Part shown: in pieces, positions 12,318 through 26,377 of the stretch
Layout: every line of letters starts with the position of its first letter
How positions within the stretch are numbered: position 1 is the stretch's first letter
Translations under genes and position numbers: made by a program
Notes under the pieces: generated by a model
What the model was told of the DNA's origin: nothing
The model's input: only the letters and a program-made list of their open reading frames with translations
Database searches by the model: none
NCBI GenBank assembly: GCA_951406725.2
Contig: OX597842.1
Coordinates: forward strand, 3,100,001 to 3,164,000
Reading direction: 5' to 3'
Source of the DNA: Octopus vulgaris
Lineage: Eukaryota
DNA: 64,000 bases

Positions 12318-13073
12318 CATACATACATATATATATATACATACACACACATAAATACATACATACACAAACACACACACACACATACACACATATATAC
12401 ATGCATACATATATATATATATATATACACATAAATACATACACACACACAAACACACGCACACGCACGCACACACACACACACACATATATATAGAGAG
12501 AGACGAGGGGATTCTTTCAGTTTCCATCTACCAAATTCACTCACAAGGCTTTGGGCGGCCCAAGGTTATAGTAGAAGACACTGTTGCCTAAGGTGCCACG
12601 TAGTGGGACCGAACCTAGAACCATGTGGTTTAGCAGCAAGCTTCTTACCATACAGCCACACCTACGCCTAGGTGTGTGTATGTGCGTGCGTGTTTCGCTT
12701 AGTCATAGTAATACAAATCATTTGTGTTCGAATACAATATATGTAGGCTTTAAAAAAATGCATTTGTCAGGTATAAAGCGTAATATGAAATTAAATTAAT
12801 TAGAAGGAAAAAAAATTATGGAGTCCGTTGCATAATTTCTTGTTCCCTTGTCATTTATTTGAAATATTTTTCTATCGCTGAATGGAGAAGATATTCGTTC
12901 AGCCTACCAATAATGGAACAGTACCAACATATATACATACAGTCAGACAGATAGAAAGAGATAGACAGACAGATACACTGGCATACATACATACAGAGAG
13001 GCAGACATGCAGATCGGTAGACAGGCGTGTGCGCGTATGGAGAGTGTGCGATATGTGACAGATATACGCATGC

Positions 13074-13142
<69 letters not shown>

Positions 13143-13339
13143 CAAATAGTTAGTAGTGAATGAGAGAAACACGCTGAGATAGAGACAGCTAGGGAGAGAG
13201 CGGGGGGCAGACAGACAGATATATATATATATATATATATAACGGGAAGCTTTATGAAAATAAACAAAAGACGAAGGCAGGTGGAAAACAAACGAACAAT
13301 TGTATTAGTATGGCGCTCAGGAAATATAAATAAAACAAG

Positions 13340-13377
13340 TCTTTAACGTTTCGAGCCTACGCTCTTCAACAGAAAGA
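13340..13377 (-). ncRNA. Minimal type-I hammerhead ribozyme motif (CUGUUGA variant) in a ~210-bp cassette (13241-13449) between (TA)n
   Basis: TCTTT-CTGTTGA-A-GAGC-GTAG-GCTC-GAAA-CGTT-AAAGA; perfect helices I and II. Confidence 0.7.
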
Positions 13378-13545
13378 TACACAGAGAGAGAAAAACACAG
13401 AAAGAAGGAGAGAAAAAAATGCGTGCAGTAGCTAACGAATCAACATGGATATATATATATGAGAGAGAGACAGATGGACAGGTAGATAGATAGGTAGATA
13501 AATAGATAAACAGACAGACGGACAGACGGATAGATAGATAGGTAA

Positions 13546-13618
<73 letters not shown>

Positions 13619-13661
13619 GACATACAGACAGATAGATAGATGGACATATAGAGACAAATAG

Positions 13662-13692
<31 letters not shown>

Positions 13693-13789
13693 TGGACAAA
13701 TAGATAGTGTGTGTGTGTGAGAGAGTGAGAGAGAAACAGGCAGCCGACAAAGAGGGCGCGAAAGTGGTGACGGTGGCGTCATCCTGAAC

Positions 13790-14760
13790 AATAAAATATA
13801 TTGTAACTATTATACTGTACATTAAATAGTGTAGTCCTAGATACACAATGTCTGAAAAAAAGATAGGATAGTCACAGCTGGAATTCTTTGATTACATGTC
13901 TGTCTGGATCAGGACTGACCAGGGGCTAAACAACAGCAATAGCCACTTATACTTTTATACTATACATTAGATAATGTACTCCTAGATACACTATGACAGA
14001 AGAAAAGATGGGATGGTCACAGTTGGAACAACGTTGATCATGGTTCTACTGGATCAGGAGTGACCTGGGGCTAAATAACAGTAGCCTCAAATATTAACTA
14101 CTATACATTATCTAATGTAGTCCTAGATACACTATGTCAAAAGAAAATATGGGATGGTCACAGCTGGAACATCGTGGATCATAGTTCCACTGGATCAGGA
14201 CTGATTTAGGGCTAAATAACAATAGCTTCAAATATTAACTACTATACTATAGTGTAGTCCTAGATACACTGTGTCAGAAAAAAAGATGGGATGGTCACAG
14301 CTGGAACATCGTTGATCATAGTTCTACTGGATCAGGACTGACCTGGGGCTAAATAACAGTAGCTTCAAATACTAACTACTATACTATAATGTAGTCCTAG
14401 ATACACTATGTCTGAATAAATGACGGGATGGTCACGGCTGGAACGTCGTTGATCATAGGTTTGGTGGATCAGGACTGACAACAATTATAACCACTAATAC
14501 TAATACATTAGATGTAATAACGGATATGTGTCTGAATTAAGGTGTTGGTCACCGTTGGAACAACGTTAATTCTTGGTCTATTAGATCCGGTCTAACCTAG
14601 GGCTAAACAAGAGCAATAGCCACTAATACTAACTACTATACTGAACATTAGATAATGTAGTCCTCGGTGTACTATGGCTGGATAAAGATGGAATGGTGAC
14701 AGTGGAACATCTCTGATCATAGGTCTGCTAGGTCAGGACTGACCTAGGGCTAAACAAAAA
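13790..14760 (-). repeat. Tandem array (~7 copies) of a dispersed ~137-150-bp repeat
   Basis: Recurring TAATGTAGTCCTAGATACAC...GGATGGTCACAGCTGGAAC...GGATCAGGACTGACCTGGGGCTAAA. Confidence 0.9.
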
Positions 14761-14864
14761 ACAACAACAACAACAACAGCAGCAATAACGCCCACAACAC
14801 TAATAACTATAGCACCACTCCAGCCGCCGTAACCCTAAAGCTAAAAGCTGAAGAGCTCTGCAAA

Positions 14865-14878
14865 AGGTCAAGAGGTCA
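14865..14878 (+). promoter_or_regulatory. Perfect DR2 nuclear-receptor element AGGTCA-AG-AGGTCA (candidate)
   Basis: Exact consensus half-sites in a unique-sequence island; function not demonstrated. Confidence 0.3.
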
Positions 14879-15081
14879 GCTTGTTAAGAATTCGACACTG
14901 AAAGCTTGATTTAACAGCGAGAATGTGATTTGGGCAATGCGGTTTCGCTTATCTGCCAAATCGCTATCGCTGCCCCAGCTTGGACGAACGTGCGGAAACG
15001 TCTTCAAGAACAACAACAGGAACGACATCAACTATTACCACCACCACTGCCACCAGCGCTTCTACTACTACTACTACTACA

Positions 15082-15121
<40 letters not shown>

Positions 15122-15138
15122 ACACCACCACCACCACC

Positions 15139-15219
<81 letters not shown>

Positions 15220-15848
15220 ACTACCACCGCTATGCTACCACCAAAACCACCACTACTATCACAACTTTTACCACAACCACTGTTACTACCACCACCAGCA
15301 CCACCGCTACTACTACCAGCGCCTCTAGTACTACCACCACCACCGATACCATCTCTACAACCAATACTACTACTACAACTTCTACCACCGCCATCACCTC
15401 TACTACTACCACCACCAACACTATTACTACCACCACCACCATCACCAACATCAGCACCACCACCACTACCGCCTCTACTACTACCACCAGCTCCTCTTCT
15501 ACTTTCACCACCACCCCTCAACCACGACCACTACAACTATTACCACAAATGTGTTTCTCCATCGTTTTCTGGGGCACAAAAATAGGAACCTCCCTCCCCA
15601 CGCACCCCACACCCACACACACCATCCGAATCCCATCCTCATGGCCACCACCACCACCACCACTGCCAAAATGTCGACTCATAGTCTCAGTATCCATCCT
15701 CAGAATTTTCCAGAATTCTTCACCGTGTTCGTCTTGCCCTTGGCGCACACGTCGAGTTCCATTCTAGTTGAAGTGATTTTGAGGGACGGAAAAATTATCT
15801 CTCGGATAAATTTACGCCATATTAGGCGCCCATCTTACTTAAATTTAT

Positions 15849-15885
<37 letters not shown>

Positions 15886-15912
15886 CATATATACACATAC
15901 ACGTATACATAG

Positions 15913-15945
<33 letters not shown>

Positions 15946-15985
15946 ACACACATGTATATATATATACATATGTATATATATATAC

Positions 15986-16040
<55 letters not shown>

Positions 16041-16207
16041 CATATAACTGTTTCATAAATATGTATACTAGCGCATGCATATAAAACAAATTATACACAC
16101 ACATGTGAATATATGAGGATAAGTATATAATGTATTATGCTATATATCGCTTATAATATTATACATGTGTATGCGTATTTTCCTTTGTATATACATATAT
16201 ATTCGTG

Positions 16208-16281
<74 letters not shown>

Positions 16282-18131
16282 GTTGTATACATGAAACACT
16301 CATACACACATCTATATCTTTCTATCTACCTACATATGTGTGTGTATATACATATATATATATATATATAATTGATATATATATATATATACACATGTAT
16401 TATTCTTAGACAAGAATTTTGTTGAGAGTGACTTCGAAGCTTCGGCTAGTTACGTGTTCTTGTTTAAGAACGATAGATTTGTACTCTACAAAGGTATGAA
16501 GGAACCCATCAAATTAATGTACAAATTGATTTTATTATAACTAAATATAAAATGGAAACATTAATGTGTGTGTATTTATATATATATGCATATTAAACGT
16601 ATATACGTATATGTATATATATATATGCACGCATATCACACATGTGTATATATATATATATGCATGCACCTCACACACACACATACACATATTAACATAT
16701 ATTTACCAAAATTACATTAAAATATCTTGGAATACTAAAGATTAAATCTATTCAATAAAATCGCCATTGGCTTCAACCAGTCTCCAGACAACCTCGGAAT
16801 TTCCTGCAATTCTTCTGGACGGTCATGCGTACTGTAGTCGATCAAATCGGCTAGCCCCCTCTCTAAACATTTTTGGCCTTGTGCGTAGAGTAGAAAAGAA
16901 TATTGAATCTACCATAGACACATTTAATAAACCTAAGTTTAATAGGTATTACCAAAATAGTACTTCTAAGGAGAATACTAAATATAATAAATGTAATAAT
17001 AATATACTTGAACGAATTTAGATGCGTCGAATATCGATGCTTAAAATTAACCGTAGATCTAGTATATTGTACCTCGTAGAATTATGAAACGTGTTACGAA
17101 CCATGCATTTGTAAATCACATTAAACTTTCTGCAGTGAGTTTGCAAAGGACATTTATTCATAGATTTGCTATTGCAGCTAGACCTATCTAACATTTCCGC
17201 TACGTAAATTGGATTTTGTATGATTAGGGGAGCATTACCCTAGGACTTAGGGTAGCACCCTCTAGTCTGCCCCCAGCGCATTCATTACTATCGATGTCGT
17301 TTGTACATATAATGTATGAATTAATAAATGAAATCATAGATTTTGTCGGTTGGTATCAGAAACTCTCTTACCGTAACTGGCACGAGAGGTATTGCTGCTA
17401 TTATTAGCATTATCAATACTGACACTAGTCGTATTATCATAGTAATTATCACAATCATTAGGGCGGCTATTAGCCTTAGCATTAGGACCACCGTCAATAG
17501 TCTAACCATTAATGGTAGTTTTAAGGCTGTTGTCAGCGTTTCCATTACGATGGTTAATATTAGTGCTGCGATTATGGCAGATGTATTCATTATTATTATT
17601 ATAATCATTATTATTATTATTACATTTGTTATATTTAGTATTCTCCTTAGACAGTAATACCTATTTTGGTAATACCTATTAAACTTACGTTTATCAAATG
17701 AGTTTATGATAAATTCAATATTCTTTTCTACTCTAGGCACAAGGCCTAAAATTTTTGTGGAGTGGGCCAGCCGATTTGATTGACCCCAGTACGCAAATGG
17801 TACTTAATTTATTGGCTGCGAAAGGATGAACTGCAAAGTCGACCTCGGCGGAATTTAGACTCGGAACGTAAAGATAGATGAAATACCTATTTCTTTACTA
17901 CCCACAAGGGGCTAAACACAGAGGGGACAAACAAGAACAGCCAAACAGATTAAGTCGATTATATCGACCCCAGTGCGTAACTGGTACTTTATTTATCGAC
18001 CTCGAAAGGATGAAAGGCAAAGTCGACCTCAGCGGAATTTGTACTCAGAACGTAATGGCAGACTGAAATACCACAAAGCATTTCGCCCGGCGTGTTAACG
18101 TTTCTGCCAGCTCGCCGCCTTATTGTGGATT

Positions 18132-18290
18132 CAGGGCACCGTTAAACGAAAAGTTAACTTCGTTAATCAATAATTCGTTAACCAAAATGTTAACCTCGTT
18201 AAACGTTAATCTGATAATTCTTTGAAAATGTAACGGAAGTTCATGTTAATTCGTTAACGTTTATTGAAAAAGGTATAACTACAGTTTAAT
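18132..18290 (+). mobile_element. hAT-like terminus with subterminal GTTAA(C) repeats
   Basis: Starts with CAGGG followed by about 8 GTTAA/GTTAAC motifs; opposite end not found. Confidence 0.4.
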
Positions 18291-19482
18291 ACTCCACCGA
18301 CTTTGTTCCCTCATAATTTCCAGAAGAATTGATACTTTTTAACAAAACGTTCACCAAATAATCGCTTATATTCTGTAGATTGAGTGTATGCAAAGATTTG
18401 TTGGGAAAACATTAGCAAATCTACCATTTCGCAGTCTAATATAAGAGAGACCAGCAAGGCAGCGAGCTGGCAGAAACGTTAGCAAGCCGGGCAAACTTCT
18501 TAGCGGTATTTCGCCTGTCTTTACGTTCTGAGTTCAAATTCCGCTCAGGTTTACTTTGCCTTTCACTCTTTCAGGGTCGATAAATTAAGTACCGGTTGCG
18601 TACGGGGTCGATCTAATCGACTGGTCCCCTCCCCAAAATTTTCAGGCTTTGTGCCTAGAGTAGGAATGAATATAAGGTTTTGAAGTATCGTAACACATGC
18701 GCAGACTAAAACGCACGCTCAGATACGTACACATAAGCACACAGCCATACACACACACATCCTCTCAAACCCACATATAAACACACACAGGCACAAGGCA
18801 CACAAATACATCAACAACTCATTCAGACACACACACTAACAAACTCATACACACATTCACAAAGAACTCAAACCATTCACACACGCAGACATACACACCT
18901 GGACATACACACTAACAACTCATACACACACACACACGCGCACATAACCATCACCATCTCCAACGGAACACGCATTCCTCAGTTCCAAAACATTTCAACA
19001 AGCCTGTAGTCTGTACGCAAGTTATATTCCAATGGCCGACATATTTGCTATTAGCCGTTGTCGTCTGCTTTCTTTGAAATGTAACGAAGACAACAACAAC
19101 TACAGATGATGATGATGAGGAGGAGGATAAGAAGAAGAAAAATTGGAAGAAGAATTGGAAGAAGAAGAAGAAGAAGAAGAAGAAGAAGAAGAAGCTATCC
19201 AGATGGCGATACGTTCTGTAAAGACATGTCGACATGTTAACACTCAAGAATTGATTTAGAACGAACACGTTATTCTTCCACCTGTCTTAACGAGGAATCT
19301 GTTTGTTTAGATGGGATTTCTTTTCTTCCAATAAAAAGCCTTCTTGCTTGTTTTTGTCTTGTGTTTTATTTTAAAAGACACTCCATTTTAGCTTCTTTTG
19401 TTGGCCGTCGGAGAATTCTTGTGTGTTCTTGCTGCTGGTTCGAGATCAACCGTTATCCATTAGGTGTTCCATCTACGACCGT

Positions 19483-19637
19483 CACTAGCGTAGCTGAGGG
19501 TGGGGCAGGGGGGCGCTCTGGGCGGCACTTTTAAAGGGGCACCGCTTTTGGGTCTGCAATATGTGCTTTTTTTGTGGGAACTGTGAGCGACAAATGGAAG
19601 GGCCGCCCCGGGCGGCAAAACTCTAGCTACGCTACTG
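19483..19637. mobile_element. hAT-type MITE
   Basis: TIRs CACTAGCGTAGCT / AGCTACGCTACTG; near-TSD ACGACCGT / GTGACCGT (8 bp). Confidence 0.7.
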
Positions 19638-19776
19638 GTGACCGTCCCAACTTTCATTCACTGTGTTTCTAGGGATACATACATACACAAGGCTGTGATT
19701 TGAGGAGGATTTGGCTGATATTTCTAGCGTATCCAGCCACCATATAGAGGTCTTCTCATTGGCTTACACACACACG

Positions 19777-19816
<40 letters not shown>

Positions 19817-20204
19817 CACACACAGGGATATTTGGCTACTATTTTGACCAGGTCTAGCTACCATGTAGAGGTGTCCTTCATTTGCTTATACATACATACA
19901 TACATACATACATACATACATACATACATCCATACATACATACATACGTACATACATGCATACATACATACATACGTACATATATGCATACATACATACA
20001 TTCATACATACATACATACATACATACATACATACATACATACATACATACATACATACATACATACATACTTACATACACACACACATACATACATACA
20101 TACACACATACACACATACATACATACATACACACATACATACACACATACATACATACATACATACATACATACATACATACATACATACATACATACA
20201 TACA

Positions 20205-21795
20205 TGATGATGGTTGCCAACACGATTTCGAGTAGAGCCGTTGCCTGATTTCTTTATGTCCTACAATATCATCAATGAGCCGCACGAATACGGCTTTTGA
20301 GGCCTGCCAAAGACTTACATGCTTTTTGACAATTAGCGCCAGAAACTTGGTGATTGTATAGTTTACACTTCCATGAACTTCACTCTGCCTTTTCAAGCCA
20401 CTTTTTGATCTGCATACTTTATGACAGACACGTATTCTAAAACATCTGTCCATCTATAATGAATGTGCGGTTGTGCAGTGTCTGATTTTATACAACTCTT
20501 TAACCCAGCCTAAGACAAATCTTTCCCCATGCATCACATATAAGATCATCACGTTCATTTATACTTATTAGAACATCATTCCTGTCACGTTTTCTCATCT
20601 TTCTTTTGATTTTTGCATGTTCCATTCTCTTCCTTTCAATTCATTTTTGCCTTCATACACAACTCTTTCCCATTTTTCTCGGCAAAGCGCTAAATCTCCC
20701 CAGTTGTCAATTACAACATTTATCTTATTCAATCCCGGCTCCAGACAATCTTTGTACCTCATCTTTGGTTTGTGGGACGCACGCTTACCTGTCACCAATT
20801 CCCCGTAAAAAGATTGTTTAGATATTATATTGTCTGTCGTTCTAAGTGTCTACTCCATCTCAATTTGTACTGTAATAGCAAAGCTTCAATACTGAAGCAT
20901 TTCCCTCTTTCAGACACCTCATCGTCACTCAAACATTTTCCAGCTGATCCTCAAAATCCTTCTGAGACATTGTTGATGAAAACGTTCCAGAAGTTCTAAT
21001 TGCTTACGATACACAGTCCAGGTTTCGCAAGCATACAATAAAGAGGTTAAGATACATGTATTGCATACCTTAACCTTTGTTGCAATAGAATTACCATGTC
21101 TAGGCTATAGTCTGTCTTCCAGTTTACCAAAAGCAAAACTGGCTTTCTGAATGCGTAGCGACTCTTCATCATCAAGATTCACTGATGTGTTTAGTGTGTT
21201 CCCTAAGTAAACAAACTTAGAAACCAAAACAAGTTTTCTTCCATACACGAAGATACCAGGTTCTATGTATGGCATTCCTGGTGCTGGCCGAAACAGGACA
21301 ACAGTATTGGTTAGATTTATGGTTAAGTCACGTGACTCACAAGCCATTGAAATTACATTCATAAGATTTTGCATGTTCTCCTCAGTATGAGCGACAGCAC
21401 CACAAGCATCTGCATAGACGAGATCTCTAATAAGAGCTGAGAAAGTCCTTGACTTAGCTGACATTCTTCTGATGTTAAAGATTTTTCCTGTTGTGCAATA
21501 TCCGATATATATATGCTTTCATAGGAGCCTTTGAAAGCCAATTGAAAAACTATAGTAAAATAGAGGGTGAAGAGAGTGGGTGCTGGTATGTCACCTTGTT
21601 TTACCCCATTCATGACAAAGAAAGGCTCCGAGAGCTTTCCACCAATGCTGATCCTTACTTCCATGCCATCGTGAAATTGCTTCAGAATAGTGAGAAACTT
21701 TACCAGGCATCCAAGCCTCCTCAAGATCTCTCACAAGGCAGTTCGATTGACAGAGTCAAAAGCCTTAGTAAGATCAATGAATACGTACATATAGC
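20205..21795 (-). mobile_element. 5'-truncated RTE-clade LINE (decayed reverse transcriptase to 3' end)
   Basis: FIDLTKAFDSVNR, GVKQGDIPAPTLF, LVYAD, FVYLG, RIQKASFAFGKL and a C-terminal Cys/His motif; frameshifts and stops; ends at (CAT)n/(TACA)n. Confidence 0.92.
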
Positions 21796-22110
21796 CAATA
21801 CATACATATATCCACAAATAAGAGAGTTGTGTGATTTAAGGGAGATTTGGTTGCTATTTCTAACAGGTCTAGCTACCATGTAGAGGTCTCCCTCATTGTC
21901 TCATACATACGACAGAAGAGTTACCAGGCGCTTCGTGCTTTTCTTTTATATTTTCTTCTAATCTGCTTCGTTGTTGGCTACGTTTAGAATATTTGGTTCT
22001 TTTGAGTATTTTAACCTAGATTTTTCCTTGTTTTTTTTTTATTGTTCTTAGTATTCGCTATGCCACAAAACACACACACACACGCACGCACACACACATA
22101 CATACAAATG

Positions 22111-22141
<31 letters not shown>

Positions 22142-22454
22142 ACATGCATATACTCACACGTGTGTATTTTTATGTGTTTATGATCCTTGATACGTATCAG
22201 AGATTTTAAGATATAAAATTGTTTGCTTGAATATGTGTGTATGTGTGTGTGTGAGAGAGAGAGAGAGTTTGTGTGTGTTTATTTGTATATACTATATACA
22301 CATCTATATGTGCATATATATATATAAATATATATATATATGTCTGTAGATTTACATAAGGTATCTGAAAGTATAGGTGTCTATACGTATAAATAATTAT
22401 TTATAATAATTATTTATACGTAGACACTTAATGTGTGTGTGTGTAAGTATACGC

Positions 22455-22519
<65 letters not shown>

Positions 22520-22940
22520 GTTGAAAGACTCGTTACTTCAAAGAGCTAATTAGGCCATCATCGTGATGTAGCACTCAAAGCAATTGGCACTGAGGGAAAA
22601 TATTTATTAAAAATATACAAAGAATGGTACACATTATGGAGCCGTTTCGGTTCAACCAGCTCTTTATTAAGCATGTGTGGGGGTTATGCGGATGTTTGTG
22701 TTTGTGTGTGTGTGTGTGTAGGTGCAGGCATGTCTGTTTGGTAAGAAGCTTTCTTTCCAACCACATAGTTCTGTGTTCAATCCTACTACATGGCACCTTG
22801 GGAAAGTGTCTTCTACAGCATCAGGCCGACCAAAGTCTTGTGAGTAGATTTGGTAGATGGAAACTAAAAGAAATCTATCATGTGTATATATATATATACA
22901 CATGATACGTATTTACATATTACGTAAATAAAGGAATTTG

Positions 22941-23143
22941 TCTGTAAATGTAATATGAGACAATTATTTGGTAGCCATGATAAAACTCCGAGTTTCGGAT
23001 GCCGAGGTGGACATCCATGACGCCATCTCTTCAGTTATCCGGCCATACCATTTTTCCGATGGCCGGATAACTGAAGAAATGGCAGCGTGGATTTCCACCT
23101 CGGGCATGGCTACCAAATAATTGTCACTTATTACATTTACAGA
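22941..23143. mobile_element. Foldback element made of two inverted hammerhead-bearing units
   Basis: Arms TCTGTAAATGTAATA..GGCCAT / ATGGCC..TATTACATTTACAGA around a 12-nt spacer; flanked by TA-rich microsatellite. Confidence 0.75.
22979..23039 (-). ncRNA. Minimal type-I hammerhead ribozyme motif
   Basis: GATAA-CTGAAGA-GATG...CATC-C-GAAA-CTCGGAG-TT-TTATC; perfect helix I; intact core. Confidence 0.7.
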
Positions 23144-23174
23144 TATATATATATATATATATATATATCTCACA

Positions 23175-24435
23175 GAGGTCGAGCAATGGTGAAATAGTTG
23201 GATAATGATGGTCGCTTTTGATAGGATCTTATAGAGCAGGTACCTCAGGATGCTACCCGCAATGATCAGCAAGAGACCAAGAAGGAGTTGATTGGGTAAT
23301 ATCCATAGTTTCAGGTGGTCAAGCTTTGGAATCTATCAGGTAAGTGTAATAACTGATTGCTTCTGATGGGACCCTATGGAGGATGTGTTAGAGGACTATC
23401 ACCACGACTCCTCCTAGAAACAGTAGGCGAAGACCTCAACTCCGGTACTAATTACATGTGATTCGAAGGTCAAGGGAAAGAATCACAAACCGGAAACTTC
23501 AAGCCAAGCCAATTGGTATGAGACCTAGGGGTGGGCCAAGAACGAGACGTTTGGATAATACCCGTAGTCTATATGAGGACTGTGTCCCCGTGGCCAGTAG
23601 AAGTGCAAGGGCTGACGAAGAGCATGATAGCTGGATAATATCCACAGACTCAGTTGGTCATGCTTGGGAATCCAAATGGAAAGTGTGATGATAGTTGCTT
23701 CTGACAGGATCTTATGGAGGAGGTACCCAAGGACTCTACCACCATGACAGCTTATCCAACTCTCAATCATCTCGTTCTTGATCTATCTTGGGCAGGGGTC
23801 ACCAAACTACGGTCCCAGTCCATTCGACCAACCACCGCACTGTACCGTTTGTGTAAGTCCCTGCAATGAGAGTTCACTTGCATCTGGTATGGCATCAGTG
23901 TTTGGAACGACTTAAGTTTGTGAGCAAACATTTTCAAAAATGAAGTATGTGGAGTCAGCACATCGAACGAGGTTGACTGATGAACATTTGAAAGCAATTC
24001 TCTTGGTTGGATGCAGCAATTTCAAAGCAAATATTGATTATATCTTAATAGCTAAGCACCAGTTTCACAAATCTCACTAACCTTTTTTGCTGTTTAGTTT
24101 GTGTGCGCACTGGGTGTGATTGATAACATTTTAGGAAATCTGTTGGTTGTCTTTATTTTATAGTGTATCCATTCACGGTATTGTATTGAACAAAATGCTT
24201 GTGCGACCCGCGCTCGTCATTATCTCGGGTATCTGACCCGCCGTGAAAAAGGTTTGGTGACCCCTGATCTAGGGGTACACCAAGAGCGGGATGGTAGCTG
24301 TTTGGATAATATCCATCGTCTCAGTTGGTAATATTTAGGAATCCAGCTGGAAAGTGTAATAACAGTTTCTTGTGATAGAATCCAAGGAAGGAGGTACCTG
24401 AGGATTCTACCAGCACGAGGGTCCCAGGAATGGTA
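23175..24435 (+). mobile_element. Serial repeats of an RTE-type LINE 3' end, interrupted by a hAT element
   Basis: GMRPRGGPRTRRLD plus about 4 diverged copies of GATAATATCCA..CTCAGTTGGTCA..TGATAGGATC..GGAGGTACCT. Confidence 0.6.
23793..24266 (+). mobile_element. hAT-Charlie/Buster internal-deletion derivative
   Basis: TIRs CAGGGGTCACCAAAC / GTTTGGTGACCCCTG; TSD ATCTTGGG / ATCTAGGG. Transposase C-terminus VFGTT*VCEQTFSKMKYVESAHRTRLTDEHL...QFHKSH* at 23874-24080. Confidence 0.92.
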
Positions 24436-24619
24436 GATGGAGAAGATGAATAGATAGATGTGTGATATTTTATTTCATCGGCCCTGGAAGGATGATAAAC
24501 GACAAAGTTTGACTCGGCGGGTTCTGAACTCTGAAGCCGAAATAAAGACCGCGTGGCATTTTGTCTGATGCTTAAACGATTCTGCCAAACCAGTTTTGTA
24601 ATAACAGAAATAGTTTAAC

Positions 24620-25030
24620 GATGTCATCATCACCGTCGCCATCGTCGTCATGAAGATCATCACCATCATTAACATCATCATCACCATGATCGTTATTATA
24701 CACATCATCAACATCAATGCTACCACCACCACCACCACCCAACATCGTCATCATTAGCACCGCCTTCGCCAACATCATCTGTAACCATCGCCGTCATCAT
24801 CATCATCATCATCATCATCAACAAAGACAGCAACAAGAGCTACAACAACAACAACAACAACAACGAAAAGATCAATAACTTCAATCGTATTAACAAAAAC
24901 AACATCAATGTCATTGGGAAGCTCAACATCAACAACAACAATAACAGCAGTAGCAGCAGCAAGAGAATGAGAGACGAACAACAGTTACGACAATGATATC
25001 AAGCACATCAACAACAAGATGAACAATACG

Positions 25031-25064
<34 letters not shown>

Positions 25065-25246
25065 GCATCAACAACCAAATATAACAACTATAAAAACAGC
25101 ATCGTCATCACCATCGTCATCATCGTCATCGTCATCATCGTCTTCGTCATCATCATCATCGCCATCATCATCATCATCGCCATCATCCTCATCATCATCA
25201 CCATCATCATCCTCATCCTCATCATCATCATCATCATCGTCTTCAC

Positions 25247-25280
<34 letters not shown>

Positions 25281-25407
25281 GTCTTCATCATCATCTTCAT
25301 CATCATCATCATCATCGTCTTCATCATCATCACCATCCTCCTCCTCCTCCTCCTCCTCATCATCATCATCGTCTTCACCATCATCTCCATCATCATCATC
25401 ATCATCG

Positions 25408-25440
<33 letters not shown>

Positions 25441-25543
25441 CCATCATCATCACCATCATCATCATCACCATCATCGCTACCATCACATTATCATCACCAT
25501 CATTATCATCATCATCACCATCATCATCATCGTCTTTATCTTC

Positions 25544-25575
<32 letters not shown>

Positions 25576-25719
25576 CGCCATCATCATCATCACTATCATC
25601 ATCATCATCATCATCATCATTATCATCATCATCACCACCATCATCATCACCACACCATCATCATCATCATCATCATCATCACCACCACCATCATCATCAT
25701 CACCACCATCATCATCATC

Positions 25720-25750
<31 letters not shown>

Positions 25751-25790
25751 CCGTCTTCATCATCATCATCATCATCGTCATCATCATCAC

Positions 25791-25821
<31 letters not shown>

Positions 25822-26135
25822 GTCATCATCAACAGCAGTTGCAATAATGACAGAACAACAAAGACATCTGAACGATTTGCAAGGCAATCGATAAGAACAA
25901 CACGGTTAACAACAACAACAACAATAATAGCAAAAGTACAACAACAAAAAAAGAAAAGAAATCAATGACGTCAACAACCACAACAACAACAACGAGATTT
26001 TCACCGTTTGATGAGTCAGCATTGTTATCATTGCGTAACTGGGACACACAGACAAGAAGCATGTGTGTGTATGTGTATGTGTGTATATGTGTGTGTGTTT
26101 GTGTGTGTTTGTGTATGTGTATGTGTGTGTGTGTT

Positions 26136-26196
<61 letters not shown>

Positions 26197-26341
26197 ATGT
26201 GTGTTTGTGTGTGTTTGTGTTTGTGTGTGTTTGTGTTTGTGTGTATGTTTGTTTGTGTGTGTTTGTTTGTGTGTATGTTTGTGTGTGTTTGTGTGTGTGT
26301 TTGTGTGTGTGTGTTTTTGTATGTGTATTTGTGTGTGTGTA

Positions 26342-26377
<36 letters not shown>

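Noticed and set aside
13790-14760. CRISPR-like appearance of the regular repeat arrays
   Set aside because: Whole units are homologous with no unique spacers; eukaryotic context and no cas genes.
17049-17062. AACCGTAGATC resembling miR-100/miR-10
   Set aside because: Seed mismatch, rest of the mature sequence absent, no hairpin.
22635-22675. Degenerate hammerhead-like sequence on the minus strand
   Set aside because: Core reads TTAATAA, with three mismatches to CTGATGA.
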